Shown here one piece after another: positions 42,059 through 42,413 of a stretch of 42,413 nucleotides of DNA (position 1 is the stretch's first letter; each line of letters starts with the position of its first letter). The stretch is from NCBI GenBank assembly GCA_964556955.1, contig CAZKXP010000001.1, positions 1 to 42,413 on the forward strand. The letters run 5' to 3'. The DNA is from an uncultured Candidatus Saccharibacteria bacterium (GTDB taxonomy: Bacteria > Patescibacteriota > Dojkabacteria > SC72). The translations under genes and the position numbers were made by a program. Under the pieces are notes generated by a model. That model saw only the letters and a program-made list of their open reading frames with translations, did not search any database and was not told the DNA's origin.

Positions 42059-42413
42059 ATGGAAGCTTTTAAAGATATAAAGGTAGTAATCAAAGAAGAG
42101 AAAGATAACTATGGTCTTTTCGAGATATCTCCTTTACCAAGAGGATATGGTCATACATTGGGTAATGCATTAAGAAGAATCCTCTACTCTAGTTTAAGAG
42201 GATCAGGTATTACCAGTGTACAGATAAAAGGAATAGATCATGAATATTCTACATTAGATGGTATCAAGGAAAATGTCGTAGATATAATTCTTAACCTCAA
42301 GCAGGTTAAATTTAGAACCAAGATGGATGAAGTATTCACTTGTAAGGTATCTGCAAAGGGAAAGAAAGTAATAACCGCAGGAGATATTGAAGTTACAGGT
42401 GATTTAGAAGTTG
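42059..42413 (+). CDS. rpoA: DNA-directed RNA polymerase alpha subunit (3-prime end beyond window)
   Basis: Not in the ORF track (no stop in window). My translation from ATG 42059 is MEAFKDIKVVIKEEKDNYGLFEISPLPRGYGHTLGNALRRILYSSLRGSGITSVQIKGIDHEYS..., with the GxTLGNALRR motif of the RpoA N-domain. Follows rpsD. Confidence 0.9.
   Translation, partial: MEAFKDIKVVIKEEKDNYGLFEISPLPRGYGHTLGNALRRILYSSLRGSGITSVQIKGIDHEYSTLDGIKENVVDIILNLKQVKFRTKMDEVFTCKVSAKGKKVITAGDIEVTGDLEV

Noticed and set aside
1-42413. An alternative genetic code with UGA as a sense codon (code 4 or 25)
   Set aside because: All conserved genes are full length with standard stops and need no in-frame TGA read-through. Only the absence of TGA stops is reported.

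Overview
AT-rich bacterial chromosome segment. Its gene content and order look like a reduced Patescibacteria/CPR-type genome. This placement is inference from: no L30 gene between rpsE and rplO, a short IF-2, and almost no Shine-Dalgarno motifs. Layout, in order: (1) nusA (partial)-infB-rpsO-pnp on the plus strand. (2) A Bro-N/DinD-like gene and the rsmE/rsmB-like methyltransferase pair on the minus strand. (3) A 202-bp repeat bounded by GC-rich hairpins. (4) An eight-gene operon (7945..20656) encoding only membrane-anchored or secreted proteins, followed by a uvrD/pcrA helicase. Its products include FN3-module proteins, a polytopic membrane protein, an 896-aa protein ending in an M23-like peptidase, and a PGRP/amidase-like SH3b protein. 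(5) A convergent G5 + SLT lytic transglycosylase. (6) A second copy of the 202-bp repeat, then a TPR protein. (7) A fusA-tuf-S10-spc-alpha ribosomal superoperon running to rpoA (partial). It is interrupted between secY and adk by an IS200-like Y1 transposase unit with 11-bp inverted repeats. Most notable observations: the uncharacterised, ATPase-less envelope operon bracketed by the repeat pair. EF-Tu and EF-G both lack the NKxD aspartate and both carry Asp at the G5 Ser position, while IF-2 is canonical. TGA is never used among 47 scorable stop codons. rpmC, rpmD and map are missing from their canonical slots. I saw no rRNA, tRNA or CRISPR array.
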